A stretch of DNA of 64,000 nt. Source: Candidatus Levyibacteriota bacterium (GTDB lineage: Bacteria > Patescibacteriota > Microgenomatia > Levybacterales > GWA1-39-11). The DNA lies in NCBI GenBank assembly GCA_050255815.1, contig JBLMVJ010000035.1, positions 10,727-74,726 on the forward strand, given 5' to 3'. Below the pieces are notes generated by a model that had not been told where the DNA came from, searched no databases, and saw only the letters and a list, made by a program, of their open reading frames with translations. The translations under genes were made by a program, and so were the position numbers. Below, piece after piece: positions 28,094 through 38,604 of the stretch (position 1 is the stretch's first letter; each line of letters starts with the position of its first letter).

Positions 28094-28894
28094 ATGTTGC
28101 GCAGTCTGAAATTATTTTTAGTAGAATGCCAGCTGGTGATTGAGGTAAAAAGCCTCTCCGTAGTGTGGTTTTTAGCCTCCATTTCAGGATCTATCCTTAT
28201 GATTATCTTCTGGACCGGTGTTACCAGCGCAAACGGCGGCTCCATTTCCGGCTGGAACACGGGAAGTTTTGCCACGTACTACCTCCTGGTTGCTCTGGCG
28301 GGGTCTCTCTTTATAGCCCATATAGAAGAAAATGTTTCCTTTCAAGATATCCAAAGAGGTGAGCTCTCTATGTATCTTTTGAAACCCTTCCCTTATTTTA
28401 GGTTTAAGCTGCTGATTGAGCTCCCCTGGCGCTTCATGCAAGGTGCTTTTGCCATTATAAGCATGATTTTAGTATTTCTGCTGGTTCCTCACCTGATCCA
28501 GATCACCCTTTCCCCGGTCCTGCTTCCTATGGCAATTTTATTAGTTTTCAGCGCCTTTTTATTGTCATTTACTTTCAAAATGTGCCTGGGGCTTCTGGCT
28601 TTCTGGTTTACAGAAATCAACTCACTCCTGCAGCTGACTGAAATTATTCTTACCCTCTGCGCAGGCTTCATAGTGCCATTGGTGTTCCTCCCAAATTATT
28701 TGCAAACCCTTTTTAATATCCTTCCGTTCTCTTACATGGTCTACTACCCTATCCTGGCACTTTTAGGAAAACTTAACCCAGACCAAGAAATACGAGTGTT
28801 TGGTATACAAATGTTGTGGACCTTTTTATTCTATCTACTCTATAAATTTCTCTGGAGGAAAGGAAGGCTGAAATTTACTGCCGTAGGACACTAA
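28094..28894 (+). CDS. ABC-2 family transporter permease, paralog 1
   Basis: Six TM helices. Shares the 'G.LS.YLLKP' motif with the next three genes. Confidence 0.7.
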   Translation: MLRSLKLFLVECQLVIEVKSLSVVWFLASISGSILMIIFWTGVTSANGGSISGWNTGSFATYYLLVALAGSLFIAHIEENVSFQDIQRGELSMYLLKPFPYFRFKLLIELPWRFMQGAFAIISMILVFLLVPHLIQITLSPVLLPMAILLVFSAFLLSFTFKMCLGLLAFWFTEINSLLQLTEIILTLCAGFIVPLVFLPNYLQTLFNILPFSYMVYYPILALLGKLNPDQEIRVFGIQMLWTFLFYLLYKFLWRKGRLKFTAVGH

Positions 28895-28895
28895 T

Positions 28896-29681
28896 ATGCA
28901 TTACCTAAAGATCTTAAAAGCGCTGATAGTCATTAACACCGCATACGCGTTAGAGTACAAGGCGCATTTTGTGGCCCAGGTTTTTGCAAGCCTGGCCTGG
29001 GGCGTATTTTCCGTGGTCAACATGATCCTTTTGACGTACCGCGTCCACTCTGCTTTTGGCTGGAGCAGGAATGAGCTCATCCTTCTTTCCGTTATGGTTA
29101 ATGTAGTCTATGGCATCCACCGTATGTTGTTTGATGTAAACTTCTGGAGATTCTCCCGGATTATCCATTATGGAGAAATGGACATGGTGCTGTTAAAGCC
29201 CGTGGACTCCCAGTTCCAAATGAGCATGTGGATCATAGATATTAGCGGTATCTTCAGATTTTTAGTTGCCCTAGCGCTCACCTTTATCCTGGTTTTTGCC
29301 ATGCACTTTCCTATTTCTCTGACAAGTGTGTTGATTGCCACTATTTTAAGCCTGGCCGGTGTGGTCCTTCTCTATGCTTTCACCTATATCTTCCTAACCC
29401 TCACCATCTGGTTCTCTAACCTCTCTAACCTGATGGGACTGGTGAATAATATCCTTTCTATGTCCCGGTATCCAAAAGAAATGTATGAAGGATTAGGCAC
29501 CTACTTTTTCTTTTTTCTCTTGCCTTTAATTGTTATAATAAGCACTCCTACAAAAGCTCTCATCCAAAAGGGGAACCTGTTAGATAGTCTGCTTTTAGTA
29601 CTCTTTACTATCCTATTTTTTGCAATCTCAAGGGTGTTCTGGAAATTCGCCCTGCGGTTCTATGTCAGTGCTTCAGGATAA
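28896..29681 (+). CDS. ABC-2 family transporter permease, paralog 2
   Basis: 'YGEMDMVLLKPVDSQF' motif. Polytopic. Confidence 0.7.
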   Translation: MHYLKILKALIVINTAYALEYKAHFVAQVFASLAWGVFSVVNMILLTYRVHSAFGWSRNELILLSVMVNVVYGIHRMLFDVNFWRFSRIIHYGEMDMVLLKPVDSQFQMSMWIIDISGIFRFLVALALTFILVFAMHFPISLTSVLIATILSLAGVVLLYAFTYIFLTLTIWFSNLSNLMGLVNNILSMSRYPKEMYEGLGTYFFFFLLPLIVIISTPTKALIQKGNLLDSLLLVLFTILFFAISRVFWKFALRFYVSASG

Positions 29682-29684
29682 ACA

Positions 29685-29758
29685 GGAAATTAATAGATAT
29701 TCATAGAAATTAAGAAATTGATTGTAATTACACAATTTAGTTTCCATGAATTTCGCGA
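29685..29758. repeat. 74-bp palindromic intergenic element, copy 1 (GGAAATTAATAGATATTCATAGAAATTAAGAAATTGATTGTAATTACACAATTTAGTTTCCATGAATTTCGCGA)
   Basis: About 95% identical to 48527-48599. Terminal inverted repeat GGAAATTAA...TTAATTTCC. Confidence 0.85.
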
Positions 29759-29792
29759 CCGTAGGGAGCTTATTTCCAAAAATTTCTTTCTT

Positions 29793-30587
29793 ATGTATAA
29801 ATATTTCCGTATCTTCACCAATGTCTGGGGCAAAGCCCTTTCTTACCGGGTCAACTTTATCATGTGGCGTGTCCGTGTGGTGCTCCAACTTCTAACGTTA
29901 TTCTTTTTGTGGTCTACTATTCTCACCAACAGGACTGCTATCTTTGGCTACTCTACTTCCCAAATGCTCACGTACATTTTAGGCACTTCGCTCATTTCTT
30001 CTGTAGTTTTGTCCAGCCGCACTTTTGAAGTAGGAGACCAGATAAATGACGGTACGCTTTCTAATTTTCTGATCAAACCCATGTCCTACATAAAATACTG
30101 GTTCTTTTATGACCTGGGGGATAAAGCCAGCAACATATTTTTCTCTATAATCGAATTAACGATAATCATCTTTCTGTTCCGTCCGCCCCTTTATGTCCAA
30201 ACCAATCCCACCTATCTCATGTTTACCCTGGTTTCCGCGTTTTTAGCATTACTTTTATACTTTTACTTTGGCTTTTTACTGGGGCTTTTAGGATTCTGGA
30301 GCAATGAAGTGTGGGGACCACGCTTTATTTTCTTTATCATCATTAACTTTTTTGCCGGCGCTATGTTCCCGCTGGATGCGCTGCCAAAACAAGTGGTAAG
30401 CGTTCTCCAGCTTTTCCCATTCCCGTACCTTCTATACTTTCCGCTGAAGATTTATTTAGGAAAGATTTCTTTCCCGTTGATTATTCAAGGGCTCTTCATC
30501 TGTTCCGTGTGGATGGTAGGATTGTATTTTATTTGTAAATTTATCTGGTTAAAAGGATTGAAATTGTATGGGGCGCAAGGGAGATGA
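29793..30587 (+). CDS. ABC-2 family transporter permease, paralog 3
   Basis: ORF 29718..30587. Start moved to the ATG at 29793 because the 5' part overlaps the repeat element. 'DGTLSNFLIKPMSY' motif. Confidence 0.65.
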   Translation: MYKYFRIFTNVWGKALSYRVNFIMWRVRVVLQLLTLFFLWSTILTNRTAIFGYSTSQMLTYILGTSLISSVVLSSRTFEVGDQINDGTLSNFLIKPMSYIKYWFFYDLGDKASNIFFSIIELTIIIFLFRPPLYVQTNPTYLMFTLVSAFLALLLYFYFGFLLGLLGFWSNEVWGPRFIFFIIINFFAGAMFPLDALPKQVVSVLQLFPFPYLLYFPLKIYLGKISFPLIIQGLFICSVWMVGLYFICKFIWLKGLKLYGAQGR

Positions 30588-30655
30588 GAATGTATCAAGT
30601 GTTAAGTAGCAAGTAGTATGTATTTTCTTGTGTCTCTTTGACTCTTTTGTAACCT

Positions 30656-31453
30656 TTGACTCTCATAATTATGTCTAAATATTTTAAAATCTGGTTCACT
30701 TCTATGCTGCACCAGGCGCAGACTGCGTTTGCGTCCCGCCTGGGGGTGGTAGTGTTTTTAGTGGGAAAGCTCTTGCGCTTCTACTTTTTCCTCCTCTTCC
30801 TCTTTTTAATAGTCCATCAAACAAAAAGCATAGCGGGATATTCTCTATGGGAAGTAATTTTTTTCTATGCAACGTTTAATTTAATAGATTCTTTTCCCCA
30901 AATGGTCCTCCGATCTGTCTATGGATTTAGGAATTATGTAGTGTCAGGATTTTTTGATTTTTATATGGTCCAACCAGTCTCCCCCCTATTTAGGTCACTT
31001 TTTGGCGGTTCTGATATTCTTGATATCCCAATGCTATTTTTATCTATTGGATATATTATTTATTCTTCATTTATGCTACCCCATTTTTCAATCACCGGCG
31101 TCTTTTTATACATCTTACTGATCTTAAATGCCTTTATTATCTCTTTAGCATTCCATATTCTGGTCTTATCTATTGGGGTTATAAGCACGGAGGTGGATAA
31201 TACGGTAATGCTCTACCGGGACCTGACACAAATGGGAAGGCTGCCTATAGATATTTATAAACAAGCAGTAAGTTTTATCCTGACGTTTGTAATTCCCGTG
31301 GGAGTTATGATCACGTTTCCCGTAAAAGCGCTTCTGGGCGCACTTTCTCTCCAATTCATAGGATACTCTGTGGTATTTTCCGTGGTATTTCTTACGCTCT
31401 CACTCTTTCTCTGGACAAAGTCATTGAAAAATTACACCAGTGCCAGCAGCTAA
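30656..31453 (+). CDS. ABC-2 family transporter permease, paralog 4
   Basis: 'SGFFDFYMVQPVSPLF' motif. Polytopic. Confidence 0.7.
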   Translation: MTLIIMSKYFKIWFTSMLHQAQTAFASRLGVVVFLVGKLLRFYFFLLFLFLIVHQTKSIAGYSLWEVIFFYATFNLIDSFPQMVLRSVYGFRNYVVSGFFDFYMVQPVSPLFRSLFGGSDILDIPMLFLSIGYIIYSSFMLPHFSITGVFLYILLILNAFIISLAFHILVLSIGVISTEVDNTVMLYRDLTQMGRLPIDIYKQAVSFILTFVIPVGVMITFPVKALLGALSLQFIGYSVVFSVVFLTLSLFLWTKSLKNYTSASS

Positions 31454-31456
31454 TGA

Positions 31457-32062
31457 CTATTTGTTGTACTTGCTCATATAGAGGTCTATGCCGTGTTTTA
31501 CAATAAGCGCTACATCTTTCACCGTCTGGTTCACCATAGTCCTGGTTTTACTCTTATCTGCTGCGGTAAATGCTGCCAGAACATAGCCGCCAACCACCTC
31601 TGAAGTTTGGTTTTTTCCGCGTACTTGGCCTGTTCTACCCGGATGGCCAATACCCAACCGGATCCTGAGGAATTTATCCGTACCCAAGCGTTCTAAAATA
31701 GACTCTACTCCATTATGGCCACCTGATGCCCCGCCAAACCTAATCCTGATTTTCCCCAGGGGTAAATCCAGGTCATCATGGACTATGCAAATATCTTCAG
31801 GTTTTATTTTAAAATAAGAAGAATATAATTGGATTGCTTCACCGGAATTATTCATGAAAGTGGTAGGCTTGAGAAGCACTATTTTCTCCCCTTCTATTTC
31901 TACTTCTGCGGTTAGTGATTTAAACTTTTTCTCTTCACTCCATTCCGTCTTTTTCAATTTTGTATACTTCTTGAGGATAGTGTCCAACGCAATAAATCCC
32001 ACATTATGGCGGGTATTTTCATACTTCTCACCGGGATTTCCAAGACCTACTATTAGCTTCAC
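31457..32062 (-). CDS. pth: Peptidyl-tRNA hydrolase
   Basis: 'KLIVGLGNPGEKYENTRHNVGF' Pth signature. Confidence 0.95.
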   Translation of the reverse strand: MKLIVGLGNPGEKYENTRHNVGFIALDTILKKYTKLKKTEWSEEKKFKSLTAEVEIEGEKIVLLKPTTFMNNSGEAIQLYSSYFKIKPEDICIVHDDLDLPLGKIRIRFGGASGGHNGVESILERLGTDKFLRIRLGIGHPGRTGQVRGKNQTSEVVGGYVLAAFTAADKSKTRTMVNQTVKDVALIVKHGIDLYMSKYNK

Positions 32063-32195
32063 GAATCAATTATATCACGCAAAATTAAGAAAAATGTGAT
32101 GTTTGTCACAGAAAACTAACAGGGAATGAAATATTCGAGTTAATAAGACCTTTCCGCGCTAAAACGTGGACTTCGCCTGCTTTTTGAAAAAAGTT

Positions 32196-33350
32196 TTAAT
32201 AATTTTTGCCGGGGTTGGTGATGAGGACTTCATGGGGGTGGGATTCCGTAAGGGAGGCCTGGGTAATCTGGATGAAACGGACCTTTTTCTGCAATTCAGG
32301 AATAGTCTTTGCTCCTACATAAAACATGCCGGACTTCATACCACCTATTGCCTGGCTCAGAATGTCTTGTAGGTTTCCTTTTACCGGTACCAGTCCCTCT
32401 ACCCCTTCAGCAACTAGTACTTTATCTTTATAAGATTTACCGTGGTACTCATCCTCACTCTTTATTTTTGCCCCGTGCTGCATAGCGCCAACAGACCCCA
32501 TTCCCCGGTAAGATTTAAAGCGGTAAACTTTCTGATCTTTCTTCCAGATACTCTTAAAACGGGTCGGGACATTTTCCGCAGTTAATTCTATTACCTCTCC
32601 CGGCGCTTCTTCTGTGGAAGCAAAAAAGGAACCCATCATAACCGTTTCAGCGCCTGCTGCAAGGGCTTTCACCATGTCACCTGAGTACTTGATACCCCCG
32701 TCTGCAATAACCGGCACCCCATGCTTTTTAGCGGCCCTTACGGTTTCCATAATGGCAGTTATCTGAGGAACTCCCATCCCTGAGATAATCCGGGTAGTAC
32801 AAATGGCACCAGGACCCATCCCTACTCTCAATGAATCTGCTCCTGCTTTACATAAATCTTCTGCTGCGTCATATGTAGCAATATTTCCTATAATAAGCTC
32901 TACTTTTGGATAATTCTTTTTGATAAATTTGGTGGCTTCTATGAATTTATTAGTCCACCCGTGTGCTGAGTCTAGCACTATAACATCTGCGCCTGCTTTC
33001 AGAAGTGCTTCCAAACGTTCTTTGTAACCGTCCGAAACACCAATAGCAGCACCTACTAAAAGCTTCTCTTTCTTTACCTGATAAACTTCTTCTGCTTGTC
33101 TTATAGGAGTGAGATTTCTATGGATAATTCCTATACCACCTAATTTTGCCAGCCCTATGGCCAGCTCAGATTCAGTTACGGTATCCATGGGAGCGGAAAC
33201 AAAGGGAGATTGTAAAGAGATTTTTTTAGTTAAACGGGTGGAAAGGTCTATATCAGAACGGGAAAAATCAGAATAACCGGGGGTAAGCAAAACATCATCA
33301 AAGGTGAGACCTACGGGAAGTTGATTTAGGGTACCAGAAGTAGCTGCCAT
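32196..33350 (-). CDS. IMP dehydrogenase/GMP reductase family protein (no CBS insert)
   Basis: TIM-barrel IMPDH core with catalytic-loop '[11 protein letters not shown]' and 'GGIKYSGD'. Confidence 0.8.
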   Translation of the reverse strand: MAATSGTLNQLPVGLTFDDVLLTPGYSDFSRSDIDLSTRLTKKISLQSPFVSAPMDTVTESELAIGLAKLGGIGIIHRNLTPIRQAEEVYQVKKEKLLVGAAIGVSDGYKERLEALLKAGADVIVLDSAHGWTNKFIEATKFIKKNYPKVELIIGNIATYDAAEDLCKAGADSLRVGMGPGAICTTRIISGMGVPQITAIMETVRAAKKHGVPVIADGGIKYSGDMVKALAAGAETVMMGSFFASTEEAPGEVIELTAENVPTRFKSIWKKDQKVYRFKSYRGMGSVGAMQHGAKIKSEDEYHGKSYKDKVLVAEGVEGLVPVKGNLQDILSQAIGGMKSGMFYVGAKTIPELQKKVRFIQITQASLTESHPHEVLITNPGKNY

Positions 33351-33460
33351 GATTAATGATACAGCACGCTCCCTGTATTGTCAATAATAGTAGATGAAAG
33401 GGAAATCGCAGGGAAAGTGGAGGTAAAACACTTCACTCGCTAATAATTGGAAGAATAACT

Positions 33461-33615
33461 AAACCGATTTTGCTCCTCAGTCCTGGCCTTGACCTTAGGC
33501 GCGCAGTCCCAAAGGGGGACGAGCACCGCAAGTCAAGCAACTGGAATGGAAACAAAACAGTACAAATGTAGTAGATGATAAACCGGCTTTGCCCTTCAGT
33601 CCTGGCCTTGACCTA
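33461..33615. repeat. 35-bp imperfect direct repeats (AAACCGrtTTTGCyCyTCAGTCCTGGCCTTGACCT) at 33461-33495 and 33581-33615 flanking an 85-bp segment; the second copy is the 3' end of 5S rRNA
   Basis: Read directly. The enclosed segment begins TTAGGCGCGCAGT-hairpin-CGAGCACCGCAA, also seen at 44883-44922. Confidence 0.6.
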
Positions 33616-33719
33616 TCTTCCCATGTTGTGTAACAACAAAGTATTGTGAGCGCTGACGTGTTTCACTTCTCTGTTCGGAATGGGAAGAGGTGGGACCACA
33701 TCGCTCTAAAGACCAAGAC
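33599..33719 (-). rRNA. rrf: 5S ribosomal RNA
   Basis: Reverse complement contains GGTCCCACCTCTTCCCATTCCGAACAGAGAAGTGAAAC...CATGGGAAGATAGG. Helix I pairing GTCTTGGTC/GGCCAGGAC. Confidence 0.8.
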
Positions 33720-34000
33720 TCAAGAGCAAAACCGGTAAGATCCGAATCTACTCGAATAGTTTGGGGTAACTTCTAGGCTACCCCATTCTTCTCGAATATT
33801 TCGAATTAACATTAACAAACACTAGCGCATTCGAATTGATTCGATTTAAATTCGAACCATTCGAGAATGATTTCTTAGAATCCACGCTATTTGGATCGAC
33901 CTATTAGTACAACTTCGCTGAAACAGTTACCTGTCTTACACGTGTTGCCTATCAACCTGATGGTCTCTCAGGGGTCTAAAAGAGATCTTATCTTAGGGTG

Positions 34001-34033
<33 letters not shown>

Positions 34034-34268
34034 CATGGAAATCTAGCTACCCAGCAGTGCACTTGTAAGTACAACTGGCACACCAGGGATTTCCTCACCC
34101 CAGTCCTCTCGTACTAGGGGCGACTCCCTTCAAATCTCAAACGGTTGTCCTGGATAGAGTCCGAACTGTCTTACGACGTTCTTAACCCAGCTCGCGTACC
34201 TTTTTAACTGGCGAACAGCCAGACGCTTGGGAGCTTCTCCACCCCCGCGCTAAGATGAGCCGACATCG

Positions 34269-34699
34269 CTGTCAATCCAATCAGTAATTAAGAAAGACTT
34301 AAAAACTTAAAACTGATGGTGATACTCTTGTTACCAAGAGCCTCTGACTATACCTTCATCCGCCAACTGGCGGAGCTAGTCGTATGATACAGATTATAAA
34401 TTTCTCTTTATGAGATGAATCCATATCTCACCCTCTCACCTATGCTGGTGAGGGGTTCAGTCGATAGGGTCCAAAAGAAATTTAAAATTCAGAAGTTAAA
34501 ATTCAGAATTAAATTCTTAATTCTGAAATCTGAATTCTTAACTCTATTTGAACCTCGGTATTACCCTCTTGTGTTCAGAAAGTAGGGTTTCACCGATTTG
34601 GACTAGTTATTTAAATTATTAGTACCTTGTTTTTTGACTCAAATACTAATAAATACAGGCAAGAGTATTACTACTCAGGCGCCCCGATATTTTCATATA
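34269..34699 (-). other. Putative group I intron (~431 nt, no ORF) in 23S domain V at the GGCACCU|CGAUGUCGGCUC junction (E. coli ~2500 region)
   Basis: Exon sequences that are contiguous in E. coli are separated here. The 5' exon ends in U and the insertion ends in G. Confidence 0.6.
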
Positions 34700-34742
34700 A
34701 GGTGCCAAACCGCATCGTCGCTGTGGACGCTTGGATGCGATC

Positions 34743-34775
<33 letters not shown>

Positions 34776-35229
34776 AAGCTACGTCCCAACCACTAAGGAA
34801 CGCAGGATCACTAACACCTGCTTTCGCACCTGCTCGACTTGTAGGTCTCGCAGTCAAGCTGGCTTGTGCGTTTGCACAATACGCTCCGATTTCCGTCCGG
34901 AGTTAGCCAACCTTTGTACGCCTCCGTTGCACTTTAGGAGGCAACCTCCCCAGTTAAACTGCCCACCAGACACTGTCTTTTAGCCGTATTTTTATGCGGC
35001 ATTAAAGTAATGCTCACTCATCTTAAAGAGAGGTATTTCATTGATGACCGAAGTCTCCCTCCTATACTAAACAGTTAAAATAAGCTTGCAAATGTCAAGC
35101 TACAGTAAAGCTCCCGGGGTCTTTTTGTCCTAGGACAACCAGGCCGCGTCTTCACAGCCATCTCAATTTCGCCGTGTAAATGTTCAAGACAGTTACTCAG
35201 TCGTTCTACCTTTCGTGCGGGTCGGAACT

Positions 35230-35548
35230 CCATTGTTTTAATGTTCCAACATGGAACCTCACAGTCGCCTGTGAGATCGGACTATATCTTTCCCTTACCA
35301 AATTGGTGAGGGATCTAGCGTCTAGTCTCTGAGGGTTTTCCGATAAATCGGAATCTTCCCTGCTGATTGGCTCCACCAAGCAGATTTTTACTCTTACGAG
35401 TACTGTTGGATACTGAGCTGTTCCAGCAAATAGCTAGATTTTACACTCATTTAGGTTAACGATTGTGTTCTTACGTGACTGTTTTGCTTGTTCCTGATGT
35501 GTATCCCGATTAGATCGGGACTCGGGCAAGTTGATTTGACCCAAACCA
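35230..35548 (-). other. Putative group I intron (~319 nt, no ORF) in 23S at GUCGGGU|AGUUCCGACC (E. coli ~1951 site)
   Basis: Exons flanking the insertion are contiguous in E. coli. The 5' exon ends in U and the insertion ends in G. Confidence 0.6.
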
Positions 35549-37359
35549 ACCCGACAAGGAACTTCGCTACCATAGAACAGTTATAGTTACTGCTGCCGTT
35601 CACCGGAGCTTTAGAAAGCGGCTCCACCTTGCGGTTTCACCACCCACTATTGACTTACCGGCACTGGGCAGGTGTCAGCCCCTATACGTTACCTTTCGGT
35701 TTTGCAGGGACCTGTGTTTTAGATAAACAGTCGCTAAGTAATCTTTTGCTTAACCTGGATGTTACTCCAGGCAGGGCATCTCCCATAGGTTACGCCCAGC
35801 TTTTGTTGCCGAGTTCCTTGAACATTTGTCTCACGGTCGCCTTAGTCTACTCGACCAATCCACCTGTGTCGGTTATGCGGTACGGCAAAATATAGCACTC
35901 CTCACGAATCTTTTCCTGAAGACTGAAACTTACGATCCTCACCCTACTTTCTTGCGATTTCAGATTTGCATTCGCCACTTAATTAAACACTTTGACGGAT
36001 TTGCCCATCAAAACTATCTTATGGCTTGGACCCTGTTTACAGGGCGATCCTTTCCACTCTTGTCCATCCTTGAGTAATAACGCACTATACTCTGTAGCAG
36101 AATATTAACTGCTTGTCCATCCGGCTACCCCGCGCTTTATGACGGGCCACCGTTAGGAGCCGACTAACGCTGCGCTGACTTACATTGCGCAGCAAACCTT
36201 GGATTTTCGGCGGACGCCGTTCTCAGGCGTCATTCGCTACTCATGCCGGCATTCTCACTTGTAAACGCTCCACCATACCTTACAGTACAGCTTCGCTGCA
36301 TTTACGACGCTCCCCTACCACTTGCTCCGATAAATCGGAGTCAAATCTCCATCGTCGGTATTAAGCTTAATCCTCGATCATTTCCGGCGCCATTCTCCAA
36401 TGTCGACTAGTGAGCTGTTACGCTTTCTTTAAAGGATGGCTGCTTCTGAGCCAACCTCCTAGCTGTCTATGGAAAATGACTTCCTTATCAACTTAGCTTA
36501 AATTTAGAGACCTTAGATGGGAGTCTGGGCTGTTTCCCTTTAGACCCACGAGCTTAGCCCCGCAAGTCTGACTCTCTATTAAGTTTTTACGGTATTCGGA
36601 GTTTGATTGATCCTGAAAAGTTGCCTCTCCAGAGACCATTCAGTGCTCTACCCCCGTAAAAACATACAAAAGGCTATACCAAAATATATTTCGGGGAGAA
36701 CCAGCTATCTCCAGGTTCGTTTAGTATGTCACCCCTTACCACAAGTCGTCTCAGATCATTGCTGCGATCACGAGTTCGGGCCTTCCTCATCCTTTCGAAC
36801 AAGTTCACCCTGCTCATGGTAAGCTCACCTGGTTTCGGGTCTTTTGCAATGCGCATTTAGGTATCCCAGTTAGAGATCGCTTTCACTATGCCTCCCCCCT
36901 CACCTTTCCAACGAAAATTCCAACCTTTGTTTTAAATCGAGCTTGTTTCGATAATATTTCAAAGTGGTAATCCTCATTAGAATGGTGAGGGGTTAGACTG
37001 CGCAATACAAAAACTCACCGGCTCATTCTTCAATAGGCACGACGTTATACCCTTGCGGGCACTTCGTCTGCTTGTTAGCTAATAGTTTCAGTAACTCTTT
37101 CATTCCCCTCCCGGGGTGCTTTTCACCTTTCCCTCGCGGTACTAGTTCACTATCGGTAGATGTTGATATTTAGCTTTGGAGCGTGGTCGCCCCGGCTTCC
37201 CACAGGGTTTAATCGTACCCCATGGTACTCAGGAACAGGCAAGAAGTGAAAATCATTTCAAATACGGGACTATCACCCTCTTTGGTCTCTTTTTCCAAAA
37301 CGTTCTTCTATGATTTCCATTTGTGACTTCTTTTGCATTTAAGCAAGCCGTCCTACAAC

Positions 37360-37660
37360 CCCCCTCACCTTTTTATCACTAACCTTTTTAAAAGTTCTTG
37401 CCAAGCTTTTGCGCGCTTCTTAAGCGCCTGCTCTCTTCTAAAAGCTAATTTATAAGAAGTATATGCTTCATAATAAATAAGCTCCCATGGCAAAAACTTT
37501 TTAGTATATATAGACTTTCCTTTATTATGGTCCGTAAATCGAGTTTTAAGATCTTTTGTTGAACCAATATAAAACTGGTCGAACTTTACACTCTTAAGAA
37601 TATACGTGTAGAACATAAGTCTATTATAGTTATTTAAGTTAGGAACAAAAAGGTGAGGGG
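37360..37660 (-). mobile_element. Hairpin-bounded intervening sequence in 23S domain I carrying a GIY-YIG nuclease ORF; ~15-bp terminal inverted repeats CCCCCTCACCTTTTT / AAAAAGGTGAGGGG
   Basis: Replaces the variable region after AGCGAACG (E. coli ~270-350). Flanking rRNA blocks identified on both sides. Confidence 0.6.
37365..37616 (-). CDS. Small GIY-YIG nuclease superfamily protein (COG2827-like, 83 aa) encoded inside the 23S rRNA gene
   Basis: 'YTYILKS...FYIGSTKDLKTRFTDHNKGK...PWELIYYEAY...RREQALKK' matches the small URI-domain endonuclease family. Same strand as the rRNA. Confidence 0.75.
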   Translation of the reverse strand: MFYTYILKSVKFDQFYIGSTKDLKTRFTDHNKGKSIYTKKFLPWELIYYEAYTSYKLAFRREQALKKRAKAWQELLKRLVIKR

Positions 37661-38222
37661 TTTGAGCTGTTCCGCGTTCGCTCGCCGCTACTGACGGAAT
37701 CTCTGTGATTTCTTTTCCTCGGACTACTTAGATGTTTCAGTTGGTCCGGTATCCCGCCGACTACTAATATATTAATCTTGCGACTAATAACTTCATAGCA
37801 GGCTCCCAGTTAAACTGGGGGGTTTCCCCATTCGGACACCACCGGATCATAATGTCTTCGGCCATTCCCCGGTGATTTTCGCGAGCCAGATGCGTCCTTC
37901 TTCGGTCAACACCTCCTAGGCATCCACTATTAGCATGAATCAAATAGCGTAGATTCTAAAAAACCAATTCATTAAAAACCATGCCTCGGCTTGAAACATG
38001 GAAAATCCGCCACCCGGCGGATTTTTTTAATCCTCCGTCCCGATTAGATCGGGACTTCGGCCTAGTTGTTTGTTTGTAATTCTTCCAATTATTAATGAGC
38101 AAAACGCTTTTTGCGTTGCCCTCGGATGTAATCCGAGGCCATATCTCTCCTGTACTCGTTTCTCGCCGGGAAGTATATTGCCCTTCCACCAGCGAGGAAC
38201 CAATACAAGAAAACTAAAAAAG

Positions 38223-38295
38223 TGGACCCAAGGAGATTTGAACTCCTGACCTCGTCATTGCAAATGACGCGCTCTACCAGCTAAGCTATGGGCCC
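38223..38295 (-). tRNA. tRNA-Ala (anticodon TGC)
   Basis: Reverse complement reads GGGCCCATAGCTTAGCTGGTAGAGCGCGTCATTTGCAATGACGAGGTCAGGAGTTCAAATCTCCTTGGGTCCA. Anticodon loop TTTGCAA. No encoded CCA. Confidence 0.9.
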
Positions 38296-38560
38296 CGAGT
38301 GTAACGAGGGGCACACAAGGTTCTGATTTCGCAGAAATCAGGTTCTTATGGGCCCTTGAGATATATTGCAATCACTCAAACCTGCTTACCTAAGCATGAA
38401 GCTTGGCAAAGCGGTCCACAAAAAAGACATTTTCAAACCAAAACAGGGAATCAAAAAAAATAGAAACGCGAGCAACAGGGATCGAGATTACTCGATGTAT
38501 TGAGGTTAAATTACGTTTTTCGTCATAAAATAGGCTTGATTTCCCGTAAAGGTAAAGACT

Positions 38561-38589
38561 ATTCTAGCTTTATTTGAGGCTCTTGTCAA
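38561..38589 (-). promoter_or_regulatory. Near-consensus sigma70 promoter TTGACA-N17-TAGAAT driving tRNA-Ala-23S-5S
   Basis: Reverse complement of 38561-38589 reads TTGACAAGAGCCTCAAATAAAGCTAGAAT. Confidence 0.5.
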
Positions 38590-38604
38590 GAGTCAAGAAA
38601 ATAC

